Under the pieces are notes generated by a model. That model was given only the letters and a program-made list of their open reading frames with translations. It was not told the DNA's origin and ran no database searches. Positions 52,144 to 64,000 of a DNA stretch of 64,000 nt are shown one piece after another. The number at the start of each line of letters is the position of its first letter. Position 1 is the stretch's first letter. Origin of the DNA: Perkinsus olseni (Eukaryota); contig JABANN010000069.1 in the NCBI GenBank assembly GCA_013115125.1, positions 1-64,000 on the forward strand, in the 5' to 3' direction. The translations under genes and the position numbers were made by a program.

Positions 52144-52902
52144 TTCCCATGCATGCGTGTGCAGCTAGTTCCCCTCGAGAGAATGAGCTTCGCAGGAGGC
52201 TCTATCTCCCCTTCTCATGTGGCGCTGCCTATGATTCATAGGCTATGACCCATAGGTAGAGAAGCAACGGTGGCCAGACCCAGCTTTGCTGGGTCAGGCT
52301 GACCCAGCGAAGCTGACCCGGTCAGCCACCCCATGAGCGCTCCTCCAAGCACTCCTGAGGAGTGACTCCTCAATGTTTTTCCAGACCTCTGCACTATAAC
52401 TCAGTTGAGTGTGGCTATTTGAGACGGGGCTCAAAGAGTGGTGAAATTGGACAAGGTGGCAGCTGAGCAATAATGTGATTTACAGCTTACTGAGCTCAGC
52501 TAAGCTTAGTGTAGCACATATACTCATGCACGCGAGTGCAAGGCACAGAATGAGGTAAGACGATTATCTGATATTAATGGTACGTAGTAGCAGCAGTGAA
52601 CTAAGAGCTGAGTGGTACTGAACCAGGCTGTAGCTGTAACATAGCGTACACTATAGGTGTCACTATCTTGTCACTATAGTGCACCTCCTGTTTCTCATAG
52701 GCGCCGATCTCCTGTGCATGCGTGCAAGATACTTCCTCCTCGAGAGCGTGAGTAAGGATAAACCCGCTCACGCCTCTACACGGTAGGAAAGTGATGTTCC
52801 CCATGCGCCGAGGCTAATTTTCCCTAGAGAATGGGCTCAGGAGAAGACTTCATCCGCCCCTGCTCATGCTGCTTTGCCTGTGGCCGACAATAGAGAAGCA
52901 AC
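52144..52902 (+). repeat. Two degenerate ~110-125-bp direct repeats flanking a palindrome-rich spacer
   Basis: 52144-52268 vs 52797-52902 share TTCCCATGC, GAGAATG, CCCT.CTCATG, TGCCT and TAGAGAAGCAAC in order. Confidence 0.6.
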
Positions 52903-53224
52903 ATTATGGGACACGTCTCAGAGACACATGACTTATGTGACAACAGTGTGTGCGTGCACTGGAGAAGCTAGGCTAGCCGCAGCCTGCGACCCGCAGGATG
53001 AGCAGCTCATCATAAAGCGCGAAGTAAATCGCTCTTAGCCCTCGAGAAGACTCCTAGTAGAATCATAGAAGACAAAGCGGGCAGAGTACGGCGTGGAGAT
53101 TTCTGATTCGGCACCGCTTGTCCTAACGAACAATGGTTGTACTCCGGATCGCCGATCCAGGATCGAGACTATGTCCATTTCAAAGCTACCTTGCTGGATC
53201 GTCATCGTGCTCCTTCAGGTTTAA

Positions 53225-53494
53225 ATGACCACTGTTCTTCTCGCCATCATCGTCGTGTGCTCGTGCAGTCTTCCGTCGTATGCGGAGTGCATAGAGACTG
53301 AATGCGTGAACGGTCGCTGGGAGCTTATGCCATCCTGGGTGTCGAGTACCAATCCGCCCTTCCCCGCTCCGATCGAGGCCTTGGACTTCGACCAGGATAC
53401 ACAGGGATACTGTTCGGTGACGTTATTCTTCCCCAAGGCGGGTGGTGGGTTGAGCCAAGTCACAGCTAACTACACAATACGTGAAGGAAGATAG
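53225..53494 (+). CDS. Small secreted protein, possibly a truncated pseudogene
   Basis: Signal peptide MTTVLLAIIVVCSCSLPSYA; protein-like sequence continues past the TAG. Confidence 0.45.
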   Translation: MTTVLLAIIVVCSCSLPSYAECIETECVNGRWELMPSWVSSTNPPFPAPIEALDFDQDTQGYCSVTLFFPKAGGGLSQVTANYTIREGR

Positions 53495-54945
53495 ACCTTC
53501 AACTTGACACCTATCCACCCAGTGACGCCAAAGGCTTGAAGTATTTAGCTCACAACACCCTCGAGAGCTTCGGTTACAACCCCGTGTACAAAGTGATCGA
53601 CATAGAATGGACGGAATCTTACAGTAACTACTGGCCTTTCTAAGGGCAAGTAAGGCTTCTATGCCCAAGCAGGAGATAGTGGCTGCCGAGTGCTGCTCAA
53701 CGTGGCACGGTGAATGTCACAGAATTGTTGCTGCCGCTATTATTCTTATTTTTATCTTCACTGCTGATGAGCACCGGTTTCTGGATCATATCCCACCCAC
53801 TGGGTTTCTCTTTCGACAGAGAGAGACTGATGTCAGTCTTCTGCGTTCTATCGCTGCATCACTTCGTAAATGTTAGCGCTTGTCGACGATAAGCACTCTA
53901 TTTTCAAGTGATCTCTCATCCGCATCGGTTGACCGGCATCATTCAGTATCTTTAGCGTCGAAAGTTTCGGCACTCAGTGTGCTAACGTGGGCACGCGAAC
54001 TTTTTCAGGCCAACCAGTGGTCTTTTTTTCTACTCAGTATCTGGGTCGTAGGAGATCCGATACATGTCCGATCATCATAGCGGGCAGCCATACTCCCACT
54101 ATTCAAAATAGCTTTTCTCCCGTGAACTATACGGCAGTGAGTTCAGTCCTGAGCGACGCAGTCCCAACATCAGGTATGCTCTCAACAGCATGAGCATAAT
54201 ACACAAGGCTCATGGTGACCCCGGTCTTGGGGTCGCATGAAGGGAACAGAAAGCTACTCTTATTGATGTCCATTTCCAGCCATCACGCGGGACACCCTCT
54301 TTTGATCCTCGAGGAGCGCACACGATCAATTTGTGCTAGAAGCCATTACTTTCTCACAGCAGGACATTTTCAGGACGTGCGCTTCTTTGAGAAGCCCCTG
54401 TGTATCCGATGTACAGTGCGAACCATCTTGATATGCGAATCTCGAAAATTGACGTTACTTTCTGACTCTTTCAAATATCGAATTGAAACTTCAGAGGGTT
54501 ACGGAGTTGATGTGTGTAATATGTAGCGTACTGAGTGTACTTATCCACCATCACCGTTAAACACCGCTTTTGCTGTGGATGTCCGTTTACTCGACCCCGA
54601 ACACAAGACGACATCGTGAAGTAGTAAGGCAACTGAGCATTCTGCTATATACAAAATATCACATCTCGTCGTGCACGTAGTCCTGAGGAAAATACGAAAC
54701 GTGAACGACCGAACATTCATATGCTTCATAGATGCATTTCCACCGTGCCCCGCAAGCGTCTGGACAGCTACAATTTACCCGCGAATGATTATCCTCTGTC
54801 TCAGTTGGGGTTGGTATTTGTTTCGCTTCACCCGAGGCTCACGCACCCCGAACGTGCTTTTCCCGCGGAACAAAAAAAGATCTACAAGCTTACTGTAGGG
54901 CGAAAAAAGGCTTCCATGGCAGTAACGACGCTGAACGCATCATCA

Positions 54946-57900
54946 TCACTCGCGAGCTGGCCCTCGGCGGCCTCGTGAACGGAGTGGACCTGAGAGCTGT
55001 GTGGTGAGCCGAAGGGAACCATAAGATTCCCTCACCAGTGCCACGCCGAGCCAGGCCGCTATGATGACAGGGCCGACCGAGGTGAGGAGCTGCAAGACGC
55101 TTGCTCTGTGGCTCGAACCACTGTCGGCGAGCATCTGCAGGGTCGCGGTGAGGACTTGTTCTCCCATGATGAAAACGGCGAATGTTGTGAAGCTCCCGGC
55201 CGCCAAGGCTGCTGTTGCCTGAAAATGCATAAGGGAATGATCACGTAAGATAGAGCAGCGAATGGACACTGGCCATTGGCCAGCTGTGTGCCCCACGCCA
55301 GTATCATACCAACGCGGCTGCCAACTCGCAGGTTGGCGAAAAACCTATCAATATATAGCGAAGAAGTAAGCTTTTATTCTTCGGAGCGGCAGTAGTACTG
55401 CCGCAGTACTCTACAGCCCAGTCAAACAATCTGCAGAAGCGATTCCGCAGCGAAAGGTATGGCGACACATGGAAGTACAGTCACCGATAGCAAAATCTTT
55501 GCACTCTTACGGAAGATGGACGCCATGGACATAGAATTGAGCGGCATTTTTCGGTCCGTCCCACCATTCCTCCGCGAGAATGAGTTGTACTTACCGCATA
55601 GGCCTTGCGGGCTAAGGCTGCTTGAAGGAGGAAGGCAACCACCACTCCCAACGGGCATGTCAAGGACACTAGAAAATTCAACCTGACAAGGAAGAAGGTT
55701 GGTGAGCAGAGTTCGTCACGAGGCGAGGGAGCGCTGTCCACACAATACGCTGAAAGAGGGGCCTTTAGTATGACCCGCTAAAGGGGGCACCTGGTGGCAC
55801 CAGGCTGGTGCCCGGCACCACCAGCGCGCGAGTTGCCTTATGCTAAGTGAAATGGTTTGGTGGAATCCTGGGTTTCTATCTCGGAGATAGTATCTCCATA
55901 CCTAAACTACAGTGATGGGATCATCTACTACCGTCAGCTGAGCAAGGTTCCATAATTGTGCACTTGCACAACTACACCTTATTAATGAAACCCTCGGTGA
56001 ATCTCAACTTGACTCAAGTTGCTCGAGTTCCTTGAGAATCTCAAGGCTCGAATAGGGACTTCTCGGTCAGCTAGTTCACGGACAGTAGCTGCGATAAACT
56101 TGGCAGAACGAATGACTTCCTCATCCATATCTTCAGCTCCTTTGAACATGCCGAAGTCTTCAGAGGTGATGGCTCCGAAGAACCTTACCAACCCCGAGAG
56201 CACCGGCCATTCCTTATTCCAAGACCCAGTTGGAGTGGGGGCTCTGTTCATGAGAGCCACAAAAGACTGCTCCTGAACTGGATGGCCTAAGCGGACCTTC
56301 CTATAGTTCCTCAGAGTCGGTAGTTCCGCCACCTCTTCAGGATCGTTTGCCAACAACACGGAAAATTCCACAAGAAGTCCGTAGCGGAACGCTACTAGCG
56401 TTCGAGTTATCCCCCGAATGTGTCTTCGCCGTAGCTGACGAAGCGAACAAGGTCTTTCTGAGCCGAAGCAATTATCGTGTTGATTTCTGCATCTCTAGGG
56501 TGACCAAGCCACTTCACATAGGATTGGTAGAAGAAGGAGCAAGCACCAACCTCCTTAGTGATGATTCCACTGATGGAGATGACCTCACTCTAAAGCGCCT
56601 TGTTCATGCCATAGACTCTCAAACCCCGCTTGATGGCGCTTCTCCAACTGCATCCTCTAATTATTAGAGCGACTATTAGACTGTCTAATCTGCTTGAGCA
56701 ATCCGTCCTGCCTTTGCTCCAAGATAAGGTACGTTGATAGAAAGTATGATGATATCCACAGACTGTGGACCACAGTATACTAGTTCTAGTACATAGAACT
56801 TCCATTTGTCCAAAACGCTTCGCCGCCCAGAGGTGGCTTCCAATTTGGAAGTTCCAAAGCTGATTCTGAAGATGCGGCCACGGCGATGGGTATTGAGAAT
56901 TCCCGGCGCTGTTGCTGGAACCAGTACCACATTTTGACCACCTCTCTACCGAACGACCCGCGGGCGAATGGGAGTGAGTGTTGCTGAGGAAACAGAAGGC
57001 ACAGTAATCTTGGGCGGACGTAAACAAGTGAACGTTCAGAGGTCGAAATACAGGGAGAGCAACTACAAGGTGTCGCGGATGAGCGAATTTGCCCCAAGGC
57101 GAGAGCCAAGATGGGCCCGAGATGGGGGTTTAGATCGTGCTGCGCCAATCAATGAATTCAGCACGATCGGAAACCGTTCTTGGGCCCCAAACGACTGTTT
57201 GAGGCAGTTTGTTGAATCCAGATTCGTCGATTTCTCCGTCGCAAAATTCACGCAGAGCTCACCAAAGGAGTCGCGCCGGATGCAAACCCGCCGCCAGAAA
57301 GAGTACTCCGTCCGACAGCTCCTGCGGTACCTCGTGAGCTACCACTGCTATTGTCACCGTCCGAGCACTCGCGATATCTACGCATCAAGCTTGCATGTGA
57401 TAGGTTAACCTACTGCTTACTTGGGCCAAGATACGCCATGCCGAGAGAGAGACCGTCGACGAAGTTATGGAGAAGCTCGATCTGAAATAAAGGGCCTTTT
57501 ATCGTGGACTACTCTACCGACGAAGGATGTTGCGGCAAGGCGTGAAAAATTAACGGCCAACGGAAGCCGGACGTAGGGTCGCCGAAAATTCCCGTGTGCA
57601 TACCACAAAATTCCCAAAAAACTGTCGTCAGTTTCCCGAAAATCTTTTCTCACCAGCAAGTTGGCGACACCAAAATTCTTGATCTCATCTCGATCTTGTC
57701 CCGGATGCTCCCTATGGTGCTTCTCATGAAGGATGTCCACTCCTCTGTTAATACCGAGGGTCAGTCCCACGCCGATTAGGAAAAACAAGTAGCCTGAGAA
57801 GGACGAAGCATTCCTGGTGGGGGGGGAAGGAAGGCCCTTACTGCTGCCTCCGGCGTTGAGCACTTCGGGGACGAGATGACCGACGCTGTCACATGTCATC

Positions 57901-58174
57901 ACCGCGCACGCAAACGATAGGAAAAAACCTGGAAAATTTCGATTTTTTACGAAAAAAATGTTCTTTTACTTTCCAGAATTTTAGGCGCGGTTTGCCCACC
58001 CTTTAATAGGTAGACCAAAAACACTGAAGTGCCGGCAGCAAGAATTGAGCACACCTGAGAAATGACGGAATAAAAAACGAAAGATCATCGAATTCTGTCG
58101 GGACGTACGCTCATCAAACCACCCGAAAAAAGTGCCTCAGAAAACGCTGGTGAGTGAAGGAAGCCGAATGACAT
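54946..58174 (-). CDS. ZIP family (LIV-1/LZT-like) zinc transporter
   Basis: FACAVMTCDSVGHLVPE, His-rich loop HEKHHREH, TM4 NLL|IELLHNFVDGLSLG, TM5 VVAHEVPQELSDG, LNFLVSLTCPLG, ALAAGSF; start codon uncertain. Confidence 0.85.
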
Positions 58175-58605
58175 TCTGAAAACAACTGAGAGATGGCGAA
58201 CTCGGATGGAACACCTCCACAATGATGATCGGCCATCGCGATGATTTCCTCAGCGTGTGGTAACACAAATAAAAGTGACAAATTCCCAGTCGAGAAAAAC
58301 ACAGCGGGAAAACAATCAACCCATGCTAAGAATCATTTTCCCAATTTTATGTGACATCCTTGAACACCCTCGGCATGCAGCCGCACTGAACCAAGTCCTT
58401 CCTCGTCCAAGTGTTATCCACTTCTCAGTATTTCACTTTTTCCCGCAATTTGTCCCACCCTCAGCCTCCGGTCGCGCAGAGGCCAAATCAACACCCACCC
58501 TGTTAGTCGTCAATACACTAACAATCAACACGGCCGCTACAGCAGGGGTAAAATCATGTTCATGATATCGAATTCACAGATTCTGAGATAATGACAACCT
58601 TCACG

Positions 58606-60256
58606 TCACTCTTCCTCTGCTATGGCTTCCTCTGAGACGAAGAACAACAGCGTAGGAAAATCCTGCCAAGTCGGAAGACGATCTCAAACAAAAGCCATTT
58701 GCATTGATTTTTGCGATACCAACTTTTGACACAAACCTAAACTTCCCAGGCAAGCACACGCTGATTTCCGTTGTTGAAATAACTCCAAACATCGCTATGG
58801 GTAGAGGAAGGGGAGCTTATAAACTCCAGCGAAGCCCCTGCCACCCGTCGGAGTCGCCAGGCCGTATGGCGGCGTGTGTGCGAGTTCAAACTCCAACGCC
58901 GACAATACGGCCCAGCATCACCGACATCCCTTTCCGTACAGAACGATTGAACGGAAAGGGCTTGCGGCTGCGGCCAAGAGATATCTTACCGTCATCTTTT
59001 TCGATCTCTGTTATTCAAATATTCTCAGTTTTCGCTCAACAAGTCGAATAGCTCATCTGGGTAAATGGCGATTTGTCAGTTAATACGTGCGGATGACGAT
59101 GGGCGAAGAGATGAAGAATTTCGCAGCTCCGATTCTGATCAGTGATCGACCGGCTTACCCGTGACCATCTCGCCATCCAAGGTCTTCACTCCCGGGAAAT
59201 GCTTCGTCACCATCGGCCTCACACTCTTGCGAGTAAAACCCTGCCCAGTCTGTTTAACCACCGAACGACCCCGGTTCAAACCCCGCTCACCTCATATATC
59301 GGATTTCCGACTAAACATATGTTTGTCAACTCTGGCAACGCTGACAGTTTCCTGAGGAATCTTTCGACTCCGCCGAAGACACGGGTCAACCTACGATATC
59401 TCGTCCCAGGAAGCAATCGCGTTATTCGATATGTAAAGCGTGTGGAGTTTCACGCAGGGAGTCAGACCGTCCTAGACAGACAGAAAAAATCGTAAAAATT
59501 TTCCGAGATTTTCCGAATCCTACCAGTGACGAAATTTGGTTATAGGAAATCCACAACTGCTGCAGACTGGCGCCAACCTGACAGAGGCAATCCTAGATGA
59601 AACGGCGAAAAGATACTCCAAAAATTTGCAATCAACTTATTACTGGCGCAAAATTCGACTCACCTTCAGCATCATTGTTTTACACGACGAATGAAGCCGA
59701 ACTCAAAATTTTTTTACGCCCCCCCCATCCTTAGGTGCGTAGTACCTCCTCCAAGCTTGTTATCTTCTTGATTTGGTTCCTTCCAAGAGAGAGGATCTGG
59801 AGATTCTTTAGGCCGGGCAGGGGTATCATTTTATCGATACAATTAGTCGAGAGCGATAGGTGTTTAACCTGATCATCATAAGATCCCCGGTTCGATCCGC
59901 AGCTACGCCATTTTACATTGACCAGGCTGTTTAGGACTGTATCCAACTTCTCAATGGGGGGAATAAGACACATCAGCTTGATCACTTCTGCCTCTTCAGG
60001 ATTCGCTCCCTGAGGTTAAGCGTGCAAGACACGAAATAGGTCAAGTTGATAACGAAGAGTCAAAAACTATTCCTCAAGAAAGAAACGGGCCAACAAACTT
60101 CAACATCTGGTCGAGACTTATCAACCCCTCATCCTACTCGACGAAAAAATTTTTTAGAAAATTTCCCAAATTTCCTTCTTGCCGACCCGCCCCCATCAAC
60201 ACCTCATGTTTCTCCTGCCAGAGTTGAAGAGCCTTCGCACAGGTAGTGGCGGGCAT
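58606..60256 (-). CDS. DNAL1: Axonemal dynein light chain 1 (LC1)
   Basis: MPATTCAKALQLW, PPIEKLD, HLSLSTNCIDKM, ILSLGRNQIKKI, LQQLWISYNQI, LVGNPIY, LDGEMV. Confidence 0.93.
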
Positions 60257-60284
60257 TTAGAGGTGATGGCACTATGAGAAAATC

Positions 60285-60302
60285 GTCACGCGCCACGAAA
60301 TT
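60285..60302 (-). promoter_or_regulatory. Representative copy of the recurrent AATTTCGTGGCGCGTGAC motif, upstream of DNAL1
   Basis: Same or near-identical motif at about 14 positions, several a few tens of nt upstream of start codons. Confidence 0.6.
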
Positions 60303-60565
60303 AGGATGCGCAGTTCGGACGAAGTCACCTCAGAGCAGATCTTGGTTCTGTGACATGTAAAATGCGAGGCATCTTTGGGAGGTCTATGCGTCCCATGGGT
60401 TAGCCTAAGTGTTGCACGCATCACCCGAAGATTCCTCCTATTGAAGGTGAATGAAATCCTCGCTCCCACGAAGGTATTAGCTGTACATTATGGTGAGGTA
60501 TCTAGAGGTTGAGCTAGCCTCAGACAGAGCAAAAGATACCCTCCCAACTCAAGGCGGTAACTTCT

Positions 60566-61372
60566 CTAATCAAATCCGTTGGGAAATTGCGGGGCCTCTC
60601 GACGTGTCAAGGACGAGCCAACAACGTAGCTGTCGCAGGTATTCCGTATCATCCCCTCTTCGACCTCGGATTCTCTATTAAGTATAACTGCTGGCCGAAT
60701 CATTTGTCGACCAATTTGACCAATCCAAGCTTCCTTGTCCGCTGGGGTCTCGGCGATAAGGTAAAACACTCTACTTGATGAATCCACTCTGAGGGTAGGT
60801 TGAAGCTTGCTCTTCACGGAGGTGAAAGATTCCCTCCCAAGCTACTACTTGAAAGAGTTTGCCTGACCCGTCTCCTCGTCCGCTGACTTCACCGACGAGC
60901 ACATCCGCAATAGGAGAGCCTCGGTGGGATACGCTAGAGCGCCTGAATAACAGAATCTTCGCAGTGCGCGGCCGGAGAATCTTAAGGTTAAGCTGGTAAG
61001 ATACGCTATCCAACGCTCGGGAGGGAGAAAGGTATCTTTCGGACGACCGTGGTTGATACAGAGAGGCCGAGGTGAAATCTACAAGGATCTAGTTGGCTGC
61101 ATTTGAACGAAGTTTCTTTCAAATCTCGTTGAGCTGCCCTACAGTAACGTATCTTTCCAACCCTCGACCTCCACAAAGTCGAAAGATTCACCCCCGACCT
61201 CACTACCTTTAATCGAGAAGCTGCAAAGCATATCTTTGGTCAGTACCAACCATCGCCTTTTCCACTGTAAAAGATGCTTGCTCTGCTTCCTAACGTATCC
61301 TGCCTTCACGACATCGGACGGGCTCAACACGACACTCCGCGGGTCCACGTGGTCACTACTAGAGGAGAACAT
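60566..61372 (-). CDS. Pleckstrin-homology domain protein
   Basis: KAGYVRKQSKHLLQWKRRWLVL..RVFYLIAETPADKEAWIGQIG. Confidence 0.85.
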
Positions 61373-61476
61373 GAAAAATTATGGAATGGAGGTCGTGGTC
61401 GGGAGCTGCGGTGTCGCGCGCCACGAAATTAAGCGCACGCCAGTGGGTATTCTGCGCCGGGTTGGTGAGAGTAGGA

Positions 61477-63799
61477 ATGAAGGAGAGAAATCTGGCTCAC
61501 TTTAACGAGAAGGCGGCGGAAGATGCGGACAAGCTGTGGAGGGAGAAATGTAGTATCTTAGGTTGATCATGGCGTATCTCAGAATCGCTTGCATGGGAAA
61601 AGATTCCATATGCGTACAATTACTCGGAAAATTCTGGTTGTTAAAATTGGAGTATCTTTTATCTCGTGAAGTACTAGGTTCAACCTCCATTCCCCATTAT
61701 CATGAAATGTATCATGCGTTCACGTTGGAGTGATATTATAAAAATGTATGTCTGCGACACAAGGCGATTTCCATACAAACTGCCCAGGCGCATCCTAGGT
61801 CGACCACTGCGCAAGACAGAGTCCAAAGATACGTCTCCTAGCGAGCCAGTGTGATCGTATAAAGGATACTTCCTTCTTACCCAGACCTCACTAGGTCCAT
61901 CCGGCATCTTTCGCGTATCTTTCGAATCTTCTCTGTGCGGAGGTTTCTTCCTAGCCTCGCTCTCTTTCCAAAATAGTTGGGATATTTTTCTGGAGAATTT
62001 TCTTCTGGTCTACTCCAGTCTCAACCCTCGAAAATGGGTAATGTTTTTGATATATAATTGCGTTAAAATCTCCGATACTCCATTTTTTGAGTAAAAATCA
62101 AGCCAGGGCTGCCTCGACGGTGGTTGATCTGTCGGGCGTAGGATTTCTGCGAAAGTTGGTATCAGGCAATTTTTCCGACGAATTTTTCTCGTTAGGTACG
62201 GGGGAAGCTTCGAAAGCAGCGGCGGTGGACTTTCTGAAAACTTCGTTCAAGGTTGGCAGCGTGCGCGCTGACACTGTCAATTATAAAGATGCCGACCGGG
62301 TAGTATTCCGGTCGTACCAAAATTTCCGTAACTCCTACGGATGGTGGGGTGGCTGACTGCTGAGTGATACCAACTTTTTCTCAACTCCCGGCGGATATCT
62401 TCCAGGTATTTCCCTTGTCGGATATACCGCCTGCAATAGTATCTTTCAAGCAAGCCGTGAAGAGCAGTGTTCGACCTAGGATACTCGACACCTTGCCGAA
62501 GCCTTGGGACGTCAGTAAGCCAGCTTCGCTCCGCCTTTTTCTTTCGAATTTCAATCTCATGGCCGTAAATCTACAGCGAATTTCCAGAAAAACTATTTGC
62601 GATGCCCACGAAAATTTTTCCGGAGTTTTTTCTCCTTTGTTCCTGTGCGAATTTCGTGGCGCGTGACGGATTTCTGCTCTACTCCGTTCTCTTGATTAGA
62701 GCGTATCTTTCGGTACGGAGCCCAAGCGTTCTCCTTCCTCCTACCTCAGGCGTGAAGGCTGATGAGAAACCCGTTCGGAAGGACTTGAGGAGGCAGCTGT
62801 TGATGGTTCGTGCCGGCCTTATGGATCAACCTCTGGTAGTATCTTTTTCACCTGTCAAGTACTATGATGAAGTTGCTGAAAGATATGTCATTCACGAGCG
62901 ATAATTACAGTTTTTCATTTCAAATCTGCATCGCTCCGCTAGGATATTGGATAACTATTTCAGTGGTATCCAAGGTCGAAGCATAAAGATATGTCACCGG
63001 CAGAGTTCTCGTCGTCTTTGACTATAAAGGAGCGGGACACGATTCGGCATGTTGGGATGGTGACCGGGAAGGGTCCTGTAGGAAGCCTGACGAAGAGATG
63101 GTTCAATTTGGTGGACGAGAAGGGTAGTAGGGGTGGTAGTGATTTTGAGAAGTATCTTGTTTTTTGTGAAGCTCTTCGCCTCTTAAAGAGAACTTTCCTT
63201 CTTTTTTTCTTTCCATTAATTTATTGATCTCGTGCGTGATGTCGGCCAAAGTATTTACCCGATCGCGTTGCCTGGGGTAGTTTCCCGTCGGCGGGAGGGT
63301 TGAGCTCCTCTCCTGGTGCTGTCATTCAAGCAGCTCTGATTGTCGTCTTTGAAATATTTTCCAGAATCTCCTTTCTTCCTGCTGTGATTGTCTCGTATTG
63401 CATGTTGGACACGCGGCGGAGTGTCATATAACGCAGGAAATATTTTCAAAGGGAATATCAGGAAATAAGTATATTATTACGTCGTCTGCGTGGCGCAGGT
63501 TAACAGATAGCTTGGCATGGTACTCTCACCAGTTTCAAGTTGTGAATGAAATTGAAGACTGTTCACTTGTTCTTGGATTTGGGAAAGTTGTGGTACGCAT
63601 GTCCAGTATCGCAGGTGCTAGTCAGCATAGTGTTAACCCAGAGGACGATTTCGTCGGGTCCTGGGACATATCTTCTAGTACTTGTCATCCTGCTGACGTG
63701 AAGGCACGAGTGAGGGCTTTTGTTGAGGCAGAGAAGAGGAGAGTGAGAATGAACGGCGATGTGGACGCTCATGTTAACCGTAAAATATATAGGAAGTAA
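61477..63799 (+). CDS. Hypothetical multi-exon protein
   Basis: Consecutive exon-like ORFs (62087-63799) separated by AT-rich GT-AG introns. Confidence 0.45.
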
Positions 63800-64000
63800 C
63801 GGGGAGGAGACCTTGAAATCTTGCGCTCACTTGCGTTTCCTCAACGATCAGTCCTGAAGAGCATTTCGCGGAGTTCCAAGAGCTTGTTAGAGAGAAGAAA
63901 CGGCAGTACGCTGATATCCGAGGGGAGTTCATACGAGAACTCAGGGTCGAAGTAAGATACGCGCCATTTCGCGCGCCACGAAATTACCCTCCAGTTTCCC

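Overview
This is gene-dense, intron-rich eukaryotic nuclear DNA with many ~35-60 nt GT-AG introns. It is most consistent with an alveolate of the Perkinsus type (inferred from intron style, an ISP-like PH-fold gene and the MPP-alpha sequence; no database search was run). Genes reconstructed by hand-splicing: ISP-like protein, ataxin-2/Pbp1-like LsmAD protein, an LRR protein, a divergent mitochondrial-carrier-like protein, a LicD-like membrane protein, DUF2817 (M14-like), a GPI-type surface protein, WDR17, an OTU deubiquitinase, V-ATPase F, tRNA-Trp(CCA), MPP alpha, a degenerate small GTPase, a LIV-1-type ZIP transporter, dynein light chain 1, a PH protein and several hypotheticals. Three observations stand out. 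(1) One spliced gene fuses a signal peptide, a His-rich 2OG/Fe(II)-oxygenase-like domain, an RRL site and a Cys-rich module to a Ctr copper transporter. (2) A Kelch-propeller-cytochrome b561 fusion has Kelch where DOMON usually sits. (3) A motif AATTTYGTGGCGCG(TGAC) recurs about 14 times, often ~30-75 nt upstream of start codons. There are also several long hairpins, a MITE-like element and shared intronic repeats. Exon boundaries are manual predictions.
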